A DNA stretch of 64,000 nt from Antechinus flavipes (taxonomy: Eukaryota), in contig NC_067400.1 in the NCBI RefSeq assembly GCF_016432865.1, forward strand, positions 63,612,001-63,676,000. Reading direction: 5' to 3'. Both the position numbers and the translations under genes were made by a program. Below, piece after piece: positions 23,433 to 36,196 of this stretch (its first letter is position 1; every line of letters starts with the position of its first letter). Below the pieces are notes generated by a model. It saw only the letters and a program-made list of their open reading frames with translations. It ran no database searches and had not been told where the DNA came from.

Positions 23433-23800
23433 GTGCTCCGAAGCCCACCCCGCGCTTAATAATTCAGGACATGTCAACAGCGTTTCACCGGCGGGCGGGC
23501 GGACAGCAGGAGCCGGGCCAGGGGAGGGGAGTGCCAGGGGCGGGAGCGGACCCCGGCCCGGGGCCGGGGCGTCCCGCTCCGCCCCCCACCTCAGGCGCGA
23601 CCCCCAAACTCTCTTCGCGCCCTACCCACCCCCACACCCAATCACATGACAGAATCCCAGCTCTGCCCTGCTCCCTTTATTCCCTGCTGGGCCCGAGGCC
23701 GTGCCCCTGGGCGGCCCCCGCGCTGGTTCACGGATGAGCACCACCCCCAAGGCCCCACCCAGGCCCGCGGGGGGACCCCTGCCATCCCCGCTGCTCCCAC
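23430..23800 (-). promoter_or_regulatory. ASIC4: ASIC4 CpG-rich promoter region
   Basis: High CpG density, GC boxes (ccgcccc near 23579), AT-rich AATTATTAA near 23455-23463; TSS not determinable. Confidence 0.6.
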
Positions 23801-26533
23801 TACCACCCCCGGCCTTGTATCTGACCCAGCTGCCCCATTCTCAGCTCGCCAAGCTGCTCTACCTGAGCCACTTGTTTGAATAGCTCGTGAACTTGAGAGG
23901 AGGAAAAGAGGGTAGGGAATCCCGCACTAGCTCCTGTTCGCCTCCCTAAGGCTCCCTCCAGGTTCTGGCTGCAGAGCTTTGCCCCAGGAGGAGCCGGGTC
24001 TCCTTCCAGGCTCCGACCCTCCCCTCGCTCCCCAAGTTCCCAGACCCTCCCAGGCAGCAGCAGCAGAGGGGGTCCTCCCGGCTGACTGGCAGCAGCTGCG
24101 GCTCCCTTGCCTCCCCAGATGGCATGGCAAGGCTGGTGAGAGTGCTCTCGGCTCAGGTAGAGAGCGAAAGCGAGGTAGGCAGGGTGTCCCACCTGGATGA
24201 GGGAGTGTGGGTGTGGAGGAGGGCGTGTTTGATGGGCCTCCCTTGGGGAAGTGAGGAGAAACTTCTGGGGAGAGATTGAGTGTAACTGGGGGTGGGATTG
24301 AAGCAAGAAAGATGAAAATGCTTTTTAAGATCGTGGGGGGAGGAGGAGAGGGTGCTGCCTTCCCAAGTGTGGAAGCACTCAGGGACTACCACAGCATCTT
24401 GAGGTCTAAAAAAAATCATCCATGCCAGGCTGGGGGGAGGGAGGATACTTGCATCGGTGACATGGCCAGGCTTAGAGCTGCCGTGGCCCTGAGCCTAGCA
24501 GGGGAACACCCGATGGGATGAGCTGGCTGTCCTGAGGTGGGGTGAGGGAGACACGCTGGGAGTTGTGGCAGGGAGAAGCATGTGGGCTGGCCTGGGAGCA
24601 TTAGCACGTGCCCTCCAGGGACGGGGGGTGGCCGGAGAGGAACGGGATGCGCTTTTTGGGGAGGGGATGTCGGGCGGGGGTAAGGAGGAGCAGTGTGTGG
24701 GAGCAAGTGCTTTCAGAGGGGAGGGAGCACATGTCCCGGGGGAAAGGGGGGGGGCTGATTAATCGGAGCGCTAATGAGCAGCAGGGAGAGGAAGCACGGA
24801 GGGGCGGGGGGGAGGCCGCTCCATCGATCCAGCGCCGCGGAACCAGCAGCAGAAAAAAAAAAGTGCGAAGGGAATCGATCTGAGGGAAACGGCAGCTGCT
24901 GGGGATTAGAGCCCAAAGCCCGCCTGCCGCCACCCCCTCCCTCCTCCCATGCACCAGAGCTGCCCATCGACACCCGCCGGGGCATTCCAGGGGCGGGGGC
25001 ATTCAACCCCGGCTTTAGCCCTACCGGGAGAGAGGAGAATGTCTCCCCGGGGGTCCCTGTCGGAGAAATGGCCCGTGTTCCACGCCAGCTCAGTTCCAGT
25101 CCTACCTGGCGCTCTCCTGCCCTCCCCGGAGGCGTCAGGGCCCTCCCCAAGCATACCCTCAATCCCTCTGACCCCAACTCCTGGTCAGACGTAGCCCGCC
25201 TGACCGTTTCGGGAGGGAGACTTAGGGCCCAAAGAGCTGATCTGCAGCAGTGTTCCCAGGAGGAAGCTGGGGACACGGGTGCCTGGCTCCCTAAAATGAT
25301 CTTCTTGTAGGATCCCTGTGGATGGGATCCTCGAGATCCATGGGCTTCAACTTCCAACTGAAAGCTGATTGTGGGGTTTTGAGAGGAGGAGTCCGTCCTG
25401 GGGACCTCCGAGAGCTGGAAGTGATGTGTTGTGGAAAATGCAAATGTTGCTAAGGTGACCGCAGGATGGGGCAACCTCCCCCTTTTTTTCTTTCTTCCTG
25501 CCCCCAGCAATGCCCCGACTTTCTCTAGTCCTAAACTCCCCCTCTTTTCCAGTCTCCAGTCCATGCTTCCCCTCCCTTCCACCCCCCACCCCCCACCATC
25601 CTCCTCTACCCTTTTCTCTCCTTCTCCTCCCCTTTCTCCCAGTATTGATTTTTCTTTACTGGGTTTTTTTAAAGGTGATTTAATTGCTTTTTTAAGGTTA
25701 CTTCAGTCTGGGTCTTTGCCAAGGAAATGAGGGGCCTGGCCACCTCTCCCCATTCTCAAGCTTAAACTCCCAGTCTCCCATATGTAAATTCCCAATTACC
25801 TATATGCCCTTAACTCCTTCCCCAGATTTACCGTCTTTCCAAAACCTTAGGTCCTCTCTTTCCTGCTCCCCATGGGCATGCATAGTAAATCCCACGTCAC
25901 CCCTCCTTTTCCCCCTAAGGGGGGAAAGCAGGAAAAGCTCAGACAGTAATGTGGCTGTAAAATTCCACATGCAGATGGAAAAAGGGGTATCATCATGTTT
26001 GAAATGGGGGTTCTGTGGTAGATGACTTGACACCACCAAGGGACAGCTCCCAGAGCCTTAAAACACAAAGCAATTGTGAACAGTTCCCGTCCACCCCTCA
26101 ACAACCTCTGCACCACCAACCAGTGTTCCCATCACCTGTCTCCACAGAAATGGCCCCATATCCTAAACTCCCCATCCCTTTTGCTTATTTACCTCATTTG
26201 CCACCACACCCTGCTGCTGCTCTAAAACCACCCTCCCCAAGCCCCTGTCTTCTTAATTCTTCACCCCTGATTGCTCCCCATTTTCCCCTGTAGCCCCCCA
26301 TTCCCATTCTCCCCCCCTCTCTCCGCTTCCCTGCCTCCTCTCTGCTCTCTCCCTGCCCGGCTGCAGTTGGGTGATAATCTCCCTCATTTAGCCTCCCGGC
26401 TGCTTCCCCGGCTCATTGCCCAGCCGGTCCCTGGGGCCCAGCCCAGATTCCTCCCCCTCCCCAATCCCTATAGCCCATTCTCTCCCCCCCACAATCCTTT
26501 TTTTGCTTCCCCCACAGTAATGCAGACTTGTTC

Positions 26534-26536
<3 letters not shown>

Positions 26537-26577
<41 letters not shown>
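26537..26577. repeat. (AC)n microsatellite, ~20 units
   Basis: Direct reading. Confidence 0.95.
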
Positions 26578-26580
<3 letters not shown>

Positions 26581-29235
26581 TCCAAGACCTCTTTAAGGGG
26601 TATCAAGGTCAGCTAGAACTGATAAGGGCTTGGACTAGGTTATGGAGGTAGGGGCACCTTAAAGCCCCCCGGCCCTATATGATGGGAGCATCTCCTGAAA
26701 GATGATCTGGACTACTGCTGGGAGTTAACATCAAGCCCAGAGGGTACATTTCCCCGTCCTCTTCTGGTCCCTTGTGGAAGCTGGCGGACATTCCAGTCCT
26801 CCTCCCTTTCTTTACCCCACCTCAGAGCCGGCCCCCCCAGAGATGATGGACTGGGCTTTGAGACAGTGATTAAAGGAAAATAGAAGGTGGACTGGAGAGG
26901 GAGAGATTAGAGGAGGGACATCTGCACAGCTCGGCTGGGTGACAGCACTGGGAGCATCAGAGTGGGTGGGGAGAAGAAGGGGAGGAATGGACAGAGAAAT
27001 CCAGGTTTGGGGGTCAGGCAGGTAGGTAGGTTTAGCACAGCTGGGATGGGGTCCATTTGAAAACCTGTGGTTCAGTTCTGGCAAGCTGCCTGAAAGGAAG
27101 ACCCTGTGACCTGGGAAACAGCTGCAAAGAGCTATATACAATCCCCCTGAGCCATGTCAATCCCTTACAACTGCCCCCCACATACACACAGATACACCCC
27201 ACCAACCCTCACAGGGAAAACGCAGGGCTTCTCCCTGGAACTCTCTTCCCCCTCCCAAGCCCAGGACAGGGAGCTTTCACCAATCGTCAGAATTTATGTG
27301 CTTTTCTCCTCCCCGCCCCCCCCCCCCATACTACCTTATCTCTCCACCACCCCCAGCTCTTCCTTAGGACTATAGTCCCCCTCCCCAACCCCCTGATGTG
27401 ACAAAATGGGCCTCTACCCCTGATTTGTATGTGTGCTTTCCCGCATTTAAGGCCAGAACAATCGCCACCCTCCCGGCGCCCCCCCTCCCTAAAAAAATAA
27501 CTCTCGAAAAACCCCTTCACTGCAGGCTTCATTTATCTCTCCCTTCTTCAGGCCGACTCTTAATTCCTCACCTCCAAGGAATCCCACCCCCTGCACCCCT
27601 CCCCCAAGGGCTTCCCTTCCCCTAGTGGTCCCCACTACCTACCCAGGGGGGAGGCGGTGCTGAGCCGGTACCCTGGAGTGGGTAGCGGGTGGGAGGAGAT
27701 GGGGGGGGGGGCCTGCAGGGGCTGGGCTGGTGAGCGGGGCTGGCGAGCTCGGCGGTGACAAACGGGCGGTGCGGGGGCCGGGGGGCGGGGGGCGGACGGC
27801 GGACGGCGGCTGATTTATCTGGGTTATTTATGCCGCGGACGAGGCAGGAGAAGCGGTTAATGAGAGTCCCGGGGAGGGGGGGCGGGGAGGCCGGGACGTG
27901 ATCTGAGGCGGTTGAAGAGGGTTAGAGTCCCGGCAGGAGAGCCTCTGCCCCTCAGCCTCCCAGCCCGACATCACCCCACTCTGCCACTTCCGCACAGCCC
28001 TACCTCATCACCCGAAACACCCCCTTCCCTTACTCTGAAGCTTCTACTCTTGCCTCTAACGTCTGCCGTCGCTGTCCCCCCACCCAAGCCCCAGCCACTC
28101 CACAGTGACTCAGACTGAAAAGGGCTCTAGCCAACACTCGGGGAGTGGGGGAAGGGGACTACCAGACTGAGCTGGGGAGAAGAGCCAGGGCAAGGGGGCG
28201 GGGGGAGAAGAAAGACTGCCATAGATGGACAGGGCCAGAACCCAAGGACAACCGTGGGGGGGGAGGGAGGGGGGAAGACACCAGGAACAAGACATAGTGT
28301 CCAGAGAAAGGGCAGGTGGCAAGGGGTCAGAAATAGAGATGAAGCGGGTGTATACACTGGGGGACATGGAGATCAGAAAGATAGGGTGCACACATACGGA
28401 AGGGCCAGGAAGCAATGAGGAGGAAGAGGAAGGAAAGGTCAGAGTTGGTATGGAAGGAGAGATGGGGATTCAAAGGGAGAAAAGCTCACAGAAATGTGCA
28501 GGGAGGGAGGGGGTACAGAGGGAAGTCTGAGATATGAAGTTGGGGTGCAGAGGAAAAAGGTTGAGAGAGAAGTGCAGATGGGAAGAGTCAGAAATAAGAA
28601 AGCACAGAGAGGAGGGACAGATGGGATCCAGACAAACATGGAGCCCAGAGAAGTGAGAGATGGAGTGAGAGAAAGATAGGGTTCAGAAAGGGAGGGTCAG
28701 AAAGAGGAGAGGTCCTATAAATGAGGTGGAGGGACAGGGGAAGCTGCAGAGTTAAAATCGAAGGTATGAGATAGAGGAAGAGATGAGGGGCCGAGGAGTC
28801 TGACAGACAGATGGGAGTGAAGAGGGGGAGAAGTCAAAGAGAGATGGGGGTCCGGAGGACAGAGAAATCCAGGGGTGACAAAGGAAAAGATGAGTGTCAG
28901 AGGTGGTGGGGAAATAGAGAGAGAAAAGAGGTGAGGTCAGGGAGCAAAGGGAGTCAAAGAAAGCGGAAAAAAAGAGAAGGATAGAGGTGGGGGGAGGAGG
29001 GAGATGGAGAAGGAGGGGGAGAGGGCTTTGCAGCAGTGAAAGCTGCTGGGAGAAGATAAGGCAGCAAAGCAGCAGGAGGGATTAAAGCTCTAAGGGGCAG
29101 GAGAGCAAAGGGAGGGGAGAAGAAGGGAGGGGAAAGGATAAAGGGAGGGAGGCAGAAAAGAGGAGAGGGATGGAAAAGGAAGTGGTGAAGATCTGGAAGG
29201 GAAAATGGGGGGGAGGGAGATGGGTCGTGATTTAA

Positions 29236-29237
<2 letters not shown>

Positions 29238-29270
<33 letters not shown>
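29238..29270. repeat. (TG)n microsatellite, ~16 units
   Basis: Direct reading. Confidence 0.95.
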
Positions 29271-29272
<2 letters not shown>

Positions 29273-32200
29273 GGAAGGAGAGAGGAGGAGAGCGGGGGTA
29301 GGTCAGGGGTGAGGGGAAGAGAAGACAGGGCCAGATGCTTGGGGTTAGACAATTAATCTGGAGGTTTGGGGGGAATGGAATGGGGAGCCTGTCAGATTAA
29401 GGGGGGGGGGAGGGAGAGCCTCTCCCAAATAAGTGGCAGACATTGGATAGTTCCCTCTTCCAGCCTCCCAGGGCAGCCTCAGCCTAAACAGAACAGAGCC
29501 CCAAAGATAGATGGAGAACTGCTGAGGAAGGAGCTCCAGAAAGGGGAAGCACAAGGAGCTGGGGAGCAGGGCAGCGAGGCAGTTGGAAGCCCCGAGCCCA
29601 GAACTGTTTCATACTCCAGAGAGCAGCTATTCCTCAGGAAGAAGGATAACAGAACCTCCGTCGCTGAGGGGCAGGTGCTTAACCTCAGGGGACACAGTAG
29701 AAAAGTGAGGGAAGCCTAGGAAATAAGTTAACTCGGGCCCCCATCAATCCCGCCCGCCGTGGCCCGGATGAGGCTGGGAGCGGTCCGTACCTATGGGGAT
29801 GGTGCAGTAAGATGGGGGCTCTCTTCCCTGTGGGTCAGGAGCCAGTGGCTGTCCCCCTCATCTCCCTTCCTCCTTCCTCCCCAGCAGTTTTGGCTTTGGG
29901 AGCCAGCCGGGACAGCTGCCCTCGGGAGCCCCAGAGCATGAGGGCAAACTCCAGGGACGGGGCATCTTTGTCTCCCGAAGGGCCCAGCCCCTGGGAGAAG
30001 CAGGGGGGGAAGAGGGTGCGAGAGAGGGAGCAGACTAGCGAGGGAAGCAGAGTGGGAGAGAACAATGAAGGTGTGTGAGCCTGTCAGAGTAATTGTGTGT
30101 TTTTGTCAGCTTTCACGTCTGTGTCTATCAGTACATTGTGTTTGTATGTCTGTCAGATGGTGTATCTGTGTTTCCTCGTGTGTCTGTATCATATTGTGAT
30201 TCTGTGTGTCTGGCTTGGGGAGAAACCACAAGGGAAGGGACGACGTCCCCTGGAACTGTCCCTGCCCAGCCTCCCCCTCCTTTGGGGAGGGGGCCGCTTC
30301 TGGGTGCATCCAGCTGTGTTCAGTGCTGATGTGGCAGATGTGGAGGAGCGCCCAGCTGTGCCAGCTTCCATGGGGTGGGGGAAGGGGGGGCTGCAATCTG
30401 CTCCCCAGCTAATGGCTGCTAAGTGCTTGGGGGAGGGAGAGGGGGAAGGGAACACGCATCCAGGCTCTGAGGAACTTAGTTGTTCAGTTAGCAGGATCCG
30501 AGAGGTCTCAGGCCAGGCTCTGCTCCCTTCCCATCCGTGGCCTTCCTCTTTAGCCCAGCTCCTCCTCCTATGTCCCACCTTTTGGGTTGTCTATAGCCCA
30601 GAAGGGTGATTTCTGGTTCCGGCCCCAGTCCAAATCTGTTTGGAATTCCCATCCTACCTCTTCCCCATGTGTCATCCCACCCCTCTCTTCTGCACTGGCA
30701 CTCTCCCCCTCTCCGATTTCACAGAATAATCTTTTTATGGAAAAGGAGAAAAGCTCTAATAGCAAGATCGTTCTCCTCCCCCGCATCCCTCTCCCCTCCT
30801 CCACCCCTCATCAATCTACCCATCCCCATCTTCCAGTCCTGCTCCCAGTATCTTCTCTTCCCCATCTCTACACTCTCCATTACTCACCCACTCCCTATTT
30901 TACAGCCTAGTAAATTCCCCTCACCCCAACATCCCTCTTTCCTGGAGTTCATTTCGTCCCAGGTTGGAAGCAAGGAGGATTCTGGGTCCCAGAAAAGGCT
31001 CTTTCTTCTCAGGTCTCTCCTTCTGTCTTCCTGCACTAGTCTATGCTGTCCTCTGTTCCACGCCTTGTTCTTCCCTGTAAGTTCTTGTCCTTCCCCCACA
31101 GGAATATAATGGCCCCCAACTCCCGTCCTAAAGTGGGAGAACAACTATGAGGAAGATCTGAGGTTCTCTCCCATCCCTATTCCTTCCCTTCAGCCCCTCC
31201 CCAATCCCCCCCCCCCACCATCCGGACCCTCTCTCCCCCTCCCCCCATGAGCGGTGTGTGAGTGTTGGGGGCTGAGAGGGGGTTGTCCCGGAGGCCAGGG
31301 CCTGACACAGACTTATTGGATTTCACGGTGTTTTGCTGAGAAAATAATTAAATTATCATATTTATGACGGAGCTGCCATGGCCTCCACCAGTCACACAGA
31401 ACAGCGGGGTCAGGAGGGGAGGGGAGACCCCAGGCCCACGGACTGCACCCCCCCAACTTCCCCCCCATTCATGGGGACGGCGCTGCACCTGAGAGGGAAT
31501 TCAAGTGCCAGGCTCAAAGCTGTAGCTCCACTCCCAAGAGGGGGAAAGCCTAGGTTTGGGAGGGAAAGGAGGGGACAGGAAGGTAGTGAGAGGGAAAGCA
31601 GCTGAAATTTCCGGTTCTCCCTTCGGAGGCCTCCAGGGTTAAGGGCCAAGGAAGCAGTTTCCACTCGCCCCAGCGGCCGGGGCCTGACTTCCATGAACCC
31701 CCACCCTGCGTTTGCCTGATGCCCAGAGCTCCCCGTGGGTCCCCCAGGATGGCCTAGTCTCTTAGCCTCCCCCCCACCCAGAGCCCGGCCCTGGGCTCCC
31801 ATCTCGGGAGCCCTCCCCACTAACACACAATCTCTGCCGCTGGTGCCCCTCCTCCTCCCCACTCCCTACCCCCCCATTCTCTTCGGGTAATTAGATTCCT
31901 CTCAATTAGCAGATTACGATCATTACCAGCTCATCTGGCAACTAAGCTCCGCACCCACAGCTGGGGGAAGGGGGAGAAGGGGGAGCACGTCGGGGTCACA
32001 GGCACACAGCGTTCTTCCCCCCGAGTCCACACCCCCGGTGTGGGGAGACGAGGGTCTCGGTGTCGGAGCAGGGAGGGGCTGCCGGAATTTGGGTGATGCT
32101 TCCTCGCCCCCACCCCTAGGAAGCAGTTCCTCCCCCTGGGAGCCATCCAGCTCCGGCAGCATCTCCCACCCTGAGCCCAAGAAGCAGAAGACGGGGACAC

Positions 32201-32742
32201 AGAGAAATGGAGACAGAAAGATCTCTCCTCTGCTAACGGTGCAACTTGGGTAGCAGATGGAGCCAGCAAAGCGGAGCGGGCGGGGGCTGGAGCGGAGCGC
32301 CCACCAAGGGGGGCCTGTCCGTGACACCCCGGCCCAGGACTCCCTCCTGAGGCCAGCTTTTCCCCAGCACTGACCACGCGGCCAGAGGCTTCGGGCGGCC
32401 TTGGTAATCGGTGCCCCCGCTAAGGCAGAGGGGGAGCGAGGAGACGGACCCACCGCAGGGGGAGGGCAGCAGTTGGGGCCTGAGTGTGGTGGCTCCCGGG
32501 TGGAGTTTTTGGGGGGCAGAGAGTTTGGGATATGAGGCAGTGCGTGTCTCCCTCCTGAGCAGCAGAAGAGGGTGAAGGGGGGGAGATTTACCACGAGTCC
32601 AGATTCATTATTCATGAGCCTGCAGCCCAGAGACTCCAATTTAAATGCTAATGTGGGGGTGGGGTGGGGGGGCCCTGACTCAGCTGCCCCCCTCACTCCA
32701 GTCAGAGGCGGGAGACAGTCCTGGCTCCAAGGTTCATCAGGG

Positions 32743-32748
32743 TTTATT
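32743..32748 (-). terminator. GMPPA: GMPPA polyadenylation signal
   Basis: AATAAA on - strand about 150 nt after the stop. Confidence 0.7.
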
Positions 32749-32898
32749 GGAGATGGAAAGGGCGGCGCGGCCCGGCCACCCACATGCCTCCCACACCCCC
32801 AGAGTACCAGCCAGTGAAGGTCCAACTCAACCGACTCCTTCCCGCCCAGAGACAGGAGCCAGCGGGGGCAGCGGGGGGTCCTTCCCCAAGCCCCCCAT

Positions 32899-32999
32899 TC
32901 AGAGGATGATCTGGTTGGTGAAACTCCGGCTCAGCTCCTTGTGTGGCAACACAATGGAATTCAAGATCAGCACCTCCGCGGGAATCCTAACCCGGCAGC
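32899..32999 (-). CDS. GMPPA: GMPPA last coding exon ([32 protein letters not shown])
   Basis: CAG acceptor, TGA 32899-32901; joined CDS 1263 nt = 420 aa. Confidence 0.97.
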
Positions 33000-33246
33000 C
33001 TGCAGGTGAGCAGAAGGGGACCAGGAGAGTCATGGGAGGGAGGGAGGGGGCACCAGGGGGAAGGCGGGGGCCCGGGCCCCTGGGAGCGGCCCATCGGAGG
33101 GAGCCTCACAGCTAGGGCAGAGTGGGCAATACTGCTCTGTGGCACCGAACGGCCTGGCAGGGGCCAGTGGCCCACACCATAATGGCAGCCCCTGTCCCCG
33201 GGACGCCGGCCCCCCCCCCGTCCCTCCCCCTCCCCCCGCTCCCTAC

Positions 33247-33415
33247 CCAGAATGGTGATGGCTGGAAGCAGCTTCCCATCCCGGAAAAGGCTCTCGCTGT
33301 CCATTCGGGCCCGGGGGTCATTGGGGTTGGGGTCGTTGGGCGTGCCCTCCACGCGGGCCCACCGCCCCACTGTGCTCCCCCAGCCTACGATGCTGTGCAG
33401 CACACACGTGTGCTC
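33247..33415 (-). CDS. GMPPA: GMPPA coding exon 11 ([12 protein letters not shown]...KLLPAITIL)
   Basis: CAG/GTAGGG, 169 nt; hexapeptide repeats. Confidence 0.97.
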
Positions 33416-33984
33416 CTGTGGGGGCGGGAGAGCGCGGTCGGCCTCCGAGGCCTTCCTGGGCCGCCCCCTCCTCCCCCGTCCCGGTGCCAGGCCACGCGGG
33501 CTCACTGGTGCCCCCTACGGCGACTGCTGCCCCTGCCCCCGCCCGCCTGAAAGAGAAACCACAGCCCCGCTCCCTCCTCTCTGAGAAGGGCCGCAAGGGC
33601 TCAGGGCGCCGGGAGAGGAGGCGGCCCCCAGGCCGGGCCAGCAGCGAGGCGCCCTCCTCCAGCCTCCAGCTCGCGGGAGCTCAGCCCGGGGCCGAGCCGG
33701 GAAGGGCGGAGTTCGGCTCGGGCCTCGGGCACAGCTCCAGCCCCGCAAACCATGGACCCCCATCTGTAACATGGGGAGGGTAGGACCCCCCCACAAGGTG
33801 GCTGTGAGGATCAAAGGCCCCACTGCGTGGGGGGGCAGCCCTGGGGGGCAGTGAGCGCTGGTCCTGACCCCGCTCCCTCCGGGTCCAGCCTGTCCACCAC
33901 CCCACCCCCCCCCACCCCCGCCCCGGGGATTTCGGAGCCGTCCCACTTCCCGGCCACTCCCCCAGCCCCCGCCCAGCCTCGCAC

Positions 33985-34077
33985 CTGCAGAGTAGCTCCA
34001 TGGAGGACGATGGACTCTCGCAGCCGAACCCCCTCCCCTATCGTCACCCCTTCCCCGATGGAGACGTTGGGACCGAG
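33985..34077 (-). CDS. GMPPA: GMPPA coding exon 10 ([31 protein letters not shown])
   Basis: CAG/GTGCGA, 93 nt; left-handed beta-helix repeats. Confidence 0.97.
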
Positions 34078-34213
34078 CTGGGGAGAGAACACGACGCTGA
34101 GAGCCGGAGGCACCTCCTATCCTCTCTTAATGGTGCAAATGAAGAAACGGGGGCCCAGAGACACTGGGGCTTGCCCAGGCCCCCGGCTCAGTGCCAGCCA
34201 CGGCCCCACTCAC

Positions 34214-34260
34214 CACTGCAGAGGAAGCCACCTTCGCCGTTGGGTGGATAAAGACATTTC
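34214..34260 (-). CDS. GMPPA: GMPPA coding exon 9 ([15 protein letters not shown])
   Basis: TAG/GTGAGT, 47 nt. Confidence 0.95.
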
Positions 34261-34468
34261 CTATAAGCAAAAGAGAAAGCCTGGGGCAAGACATCCCGGA
34301 CCAGCCCCGGAAGGAAAGGGGAGGGGCCGAGGAGGGGTTCTCGGGGGTCCCGAGGTGGGGGTCTCAGAGGTCCCGAGGGGGGGTCTCGGGGGTCCCGAGG
34401 AGGGGGGGTCTCGGAGGTCCCGAGAAGGGACAGACACGGGGCTGGCGCCTGAGGAGGAGGGGGCGTAC

Positions 34469-34566
34469 CTCGGATGCAGGGGCCTCCAGGGGTGAGCTCC
34501 GCCAGCCGCTCGGGGTGAGTGACTTGGTACCGGTTCAGATAGAGGCGAGAGGCGTAAAGGGCAGAG
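34469..34566 (-). CDS. GMPPA: GMPPA coding exon 8 ([32 protein letters not shown])
   Basis: CAG/GTACGC, 98 nt. Confidence 0.95.
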
Positions 34567-34668
34567 CTGCAGAGGCGGGGAGGGGGGAGGTCAGAGCAGA
34601 CAGTCCCAGGCCCACCCCCCCCTGCAGTTCTCTCCGCTGGAACCCCCAGTGCACACTCCCCCCCATAC

Positions 34669-34803
34669 CCTGCAGACTTGATCTGGCTCCAGATCCCATC
34701 GGTGAGGTGCACATAGATCTGGCCCTGGCCAGAGAGGGCTGTGAACACGTCCTGCTCCAGCCGGATGGTCCCTGCCCCGGGCCAGCTGCCCGAAGAGCCG
34801 TCC
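34669..34803 (-). CDS. GMPPA: GMPPA coding exon 7 ([20 protein letters not shown]...WSQIKSAG)
   Basis: CAG/GTATGG, 135 nt. Confidence 0.96.
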
Positions 34804-35642
34804 CTGAGGGGAAGCGGGGAGGCCCAGGCTCAGGGCGCGAGGACGCCCCCAGCCCGGTGGGCACCCGCCGAGGCCCGGGGGGTCGTACGCAGGCGCGTCA
34901 CACACACCCATGGCCACACGAGGCTCCTGGGGGCCCCCAAACCATAGCAAAATGTGGCTGGAGACCAGCCAATAAATGAAACTACGCAGAACACGGACCG
35001 TGTCTGAGGTTCTCTACGTCGGCCGCAGCCACGGGGATGTTTATGTGGGTTCGGCGGCCCCCCTGTGTCTGACTCTGCGGGCGCACCCTGGGGATGGGCC
35101 GGGGGCAAGGCCCTCACTGTGCCCCCGGAGCCGGGCCGATCACAAGCCCCCCCATCACGTGCAGCTCCGCCCCGGGGGGGCCTGCGGGGGAGGGACGGAG
35201 AACCCAGACCCCCGCGCCTCTGCGCCTTACGACCTCACAGGCCCCAAGCCCTCCTCCATCGCTAGCCCTCCCCCGTCCCTTGATTCAGAGACAGACACTC
35301 ACCCCAGATCAAGGCAGCTGGTGAGGCCAGAAAAAGATGAGGAGGGAGATGGCAGAGACAAGACACCAGAAAGAAACAGAAAAGCAAAAGGAGATGGGAT
35401 GGCAAGCCGAGCGGGGGGCGAGCATGAAGGCGTGAGGCAGGAAGCGGGGCTGCCGGAGGAGGAAGCGGATGGGAGAGCCCCGACGGGAGCAGGAAGGGCC
35501 TGGTCCTGGGGAGGGCCGTGGGGCAGAGGGGCACGCCCGGCCTGGCCGGGGTAAGGGGGACAAGGGGGCCCGAAAGGGCCCAGGGCGGGCCCGAGGGGGA
35601 GCAGGAGGCGGGGGGCTGCCCAGGGCCCGGGGCACGTCTCAC

Positions 35643-35773
35643 AGTTGCCGGTCCTGCTGGTTTCGCTGGAAGACGTCCCGAAGGGGCTTCAGGGCTTCCG
35701 GTGAGAAGAGGTAGATGCCACAGTTGATGATGTCACTCACAAACGTGCTCGGCTTCTCCACATAATGCAAAAC
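35643..35773 (-). CDS. GMPPA: GMPPA coding exon 6 ([28 protein letters not shown]...)
   Basis: CAG/GTGAGA, 131 nt; EKP and INCGIY nucleotidyltransferase motifs. Confidence 0.97.
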
Positions 35774-36004
35774 CTGGAGGGGATGAGAACAAATGGGGGA
35801 AGGGGTGGAAAGGACGATGGCGGCTGCTCCGTCCTGCTGGAAATGAGGCGCAGAAGCCGGGGGTGTCACGTTGGGAGAAGGACCTGCCTGCAAGGGGGGC
35901 CCCGACTTTGGGGGGCTCTTGGGGTTCAGGTCGGGCAGCCCCAAGGACCCAGAGAGAGATGGAACCAGGGAGGGGACACCTCCCCAGAACAAACCGCCCC
36001 TTAC

Positions 36005-36064
36005 CTCGTGAGTTTCCGGGTTCTCCACAATGCAGCCATAGTTAAGGGACTGGGTCCGGTTGGC
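36005..36064 (-). CDS. GMPPA: GMPPA coding exon 5 ([20 protein letters not shown])
   Basis: CAG/GTAAGG, 60 nt. Confidence 0.96.
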
Positions 36065-36196
36065 CTGAGAGACAGAGCCGTGTGGGCACATGGGGGCAGG
36101 CCCTGGAGCGGGAGGGGGCCTCGCTTCTGGCCAGTGACAAACACTCCCCCTCCCCCCAGGCCCCTCGGGTCACCTCCCAGCCCTTCCGTCTCTTAC

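Noticed and set aside
22308-23737. Antisense ORFs over ASIC4 exon 1 (383 and 180 aa), and similar ones over GMPPA and SPEG exons
   Set aside because: Expected shadows of GC-rich coding sequence.
22400-24000. REST/NRSF site near the neuronal ASIC4 promoter
   Set aside because: No convincing TTCAGCACC-nn-GGACAG match found on either strand by eye.
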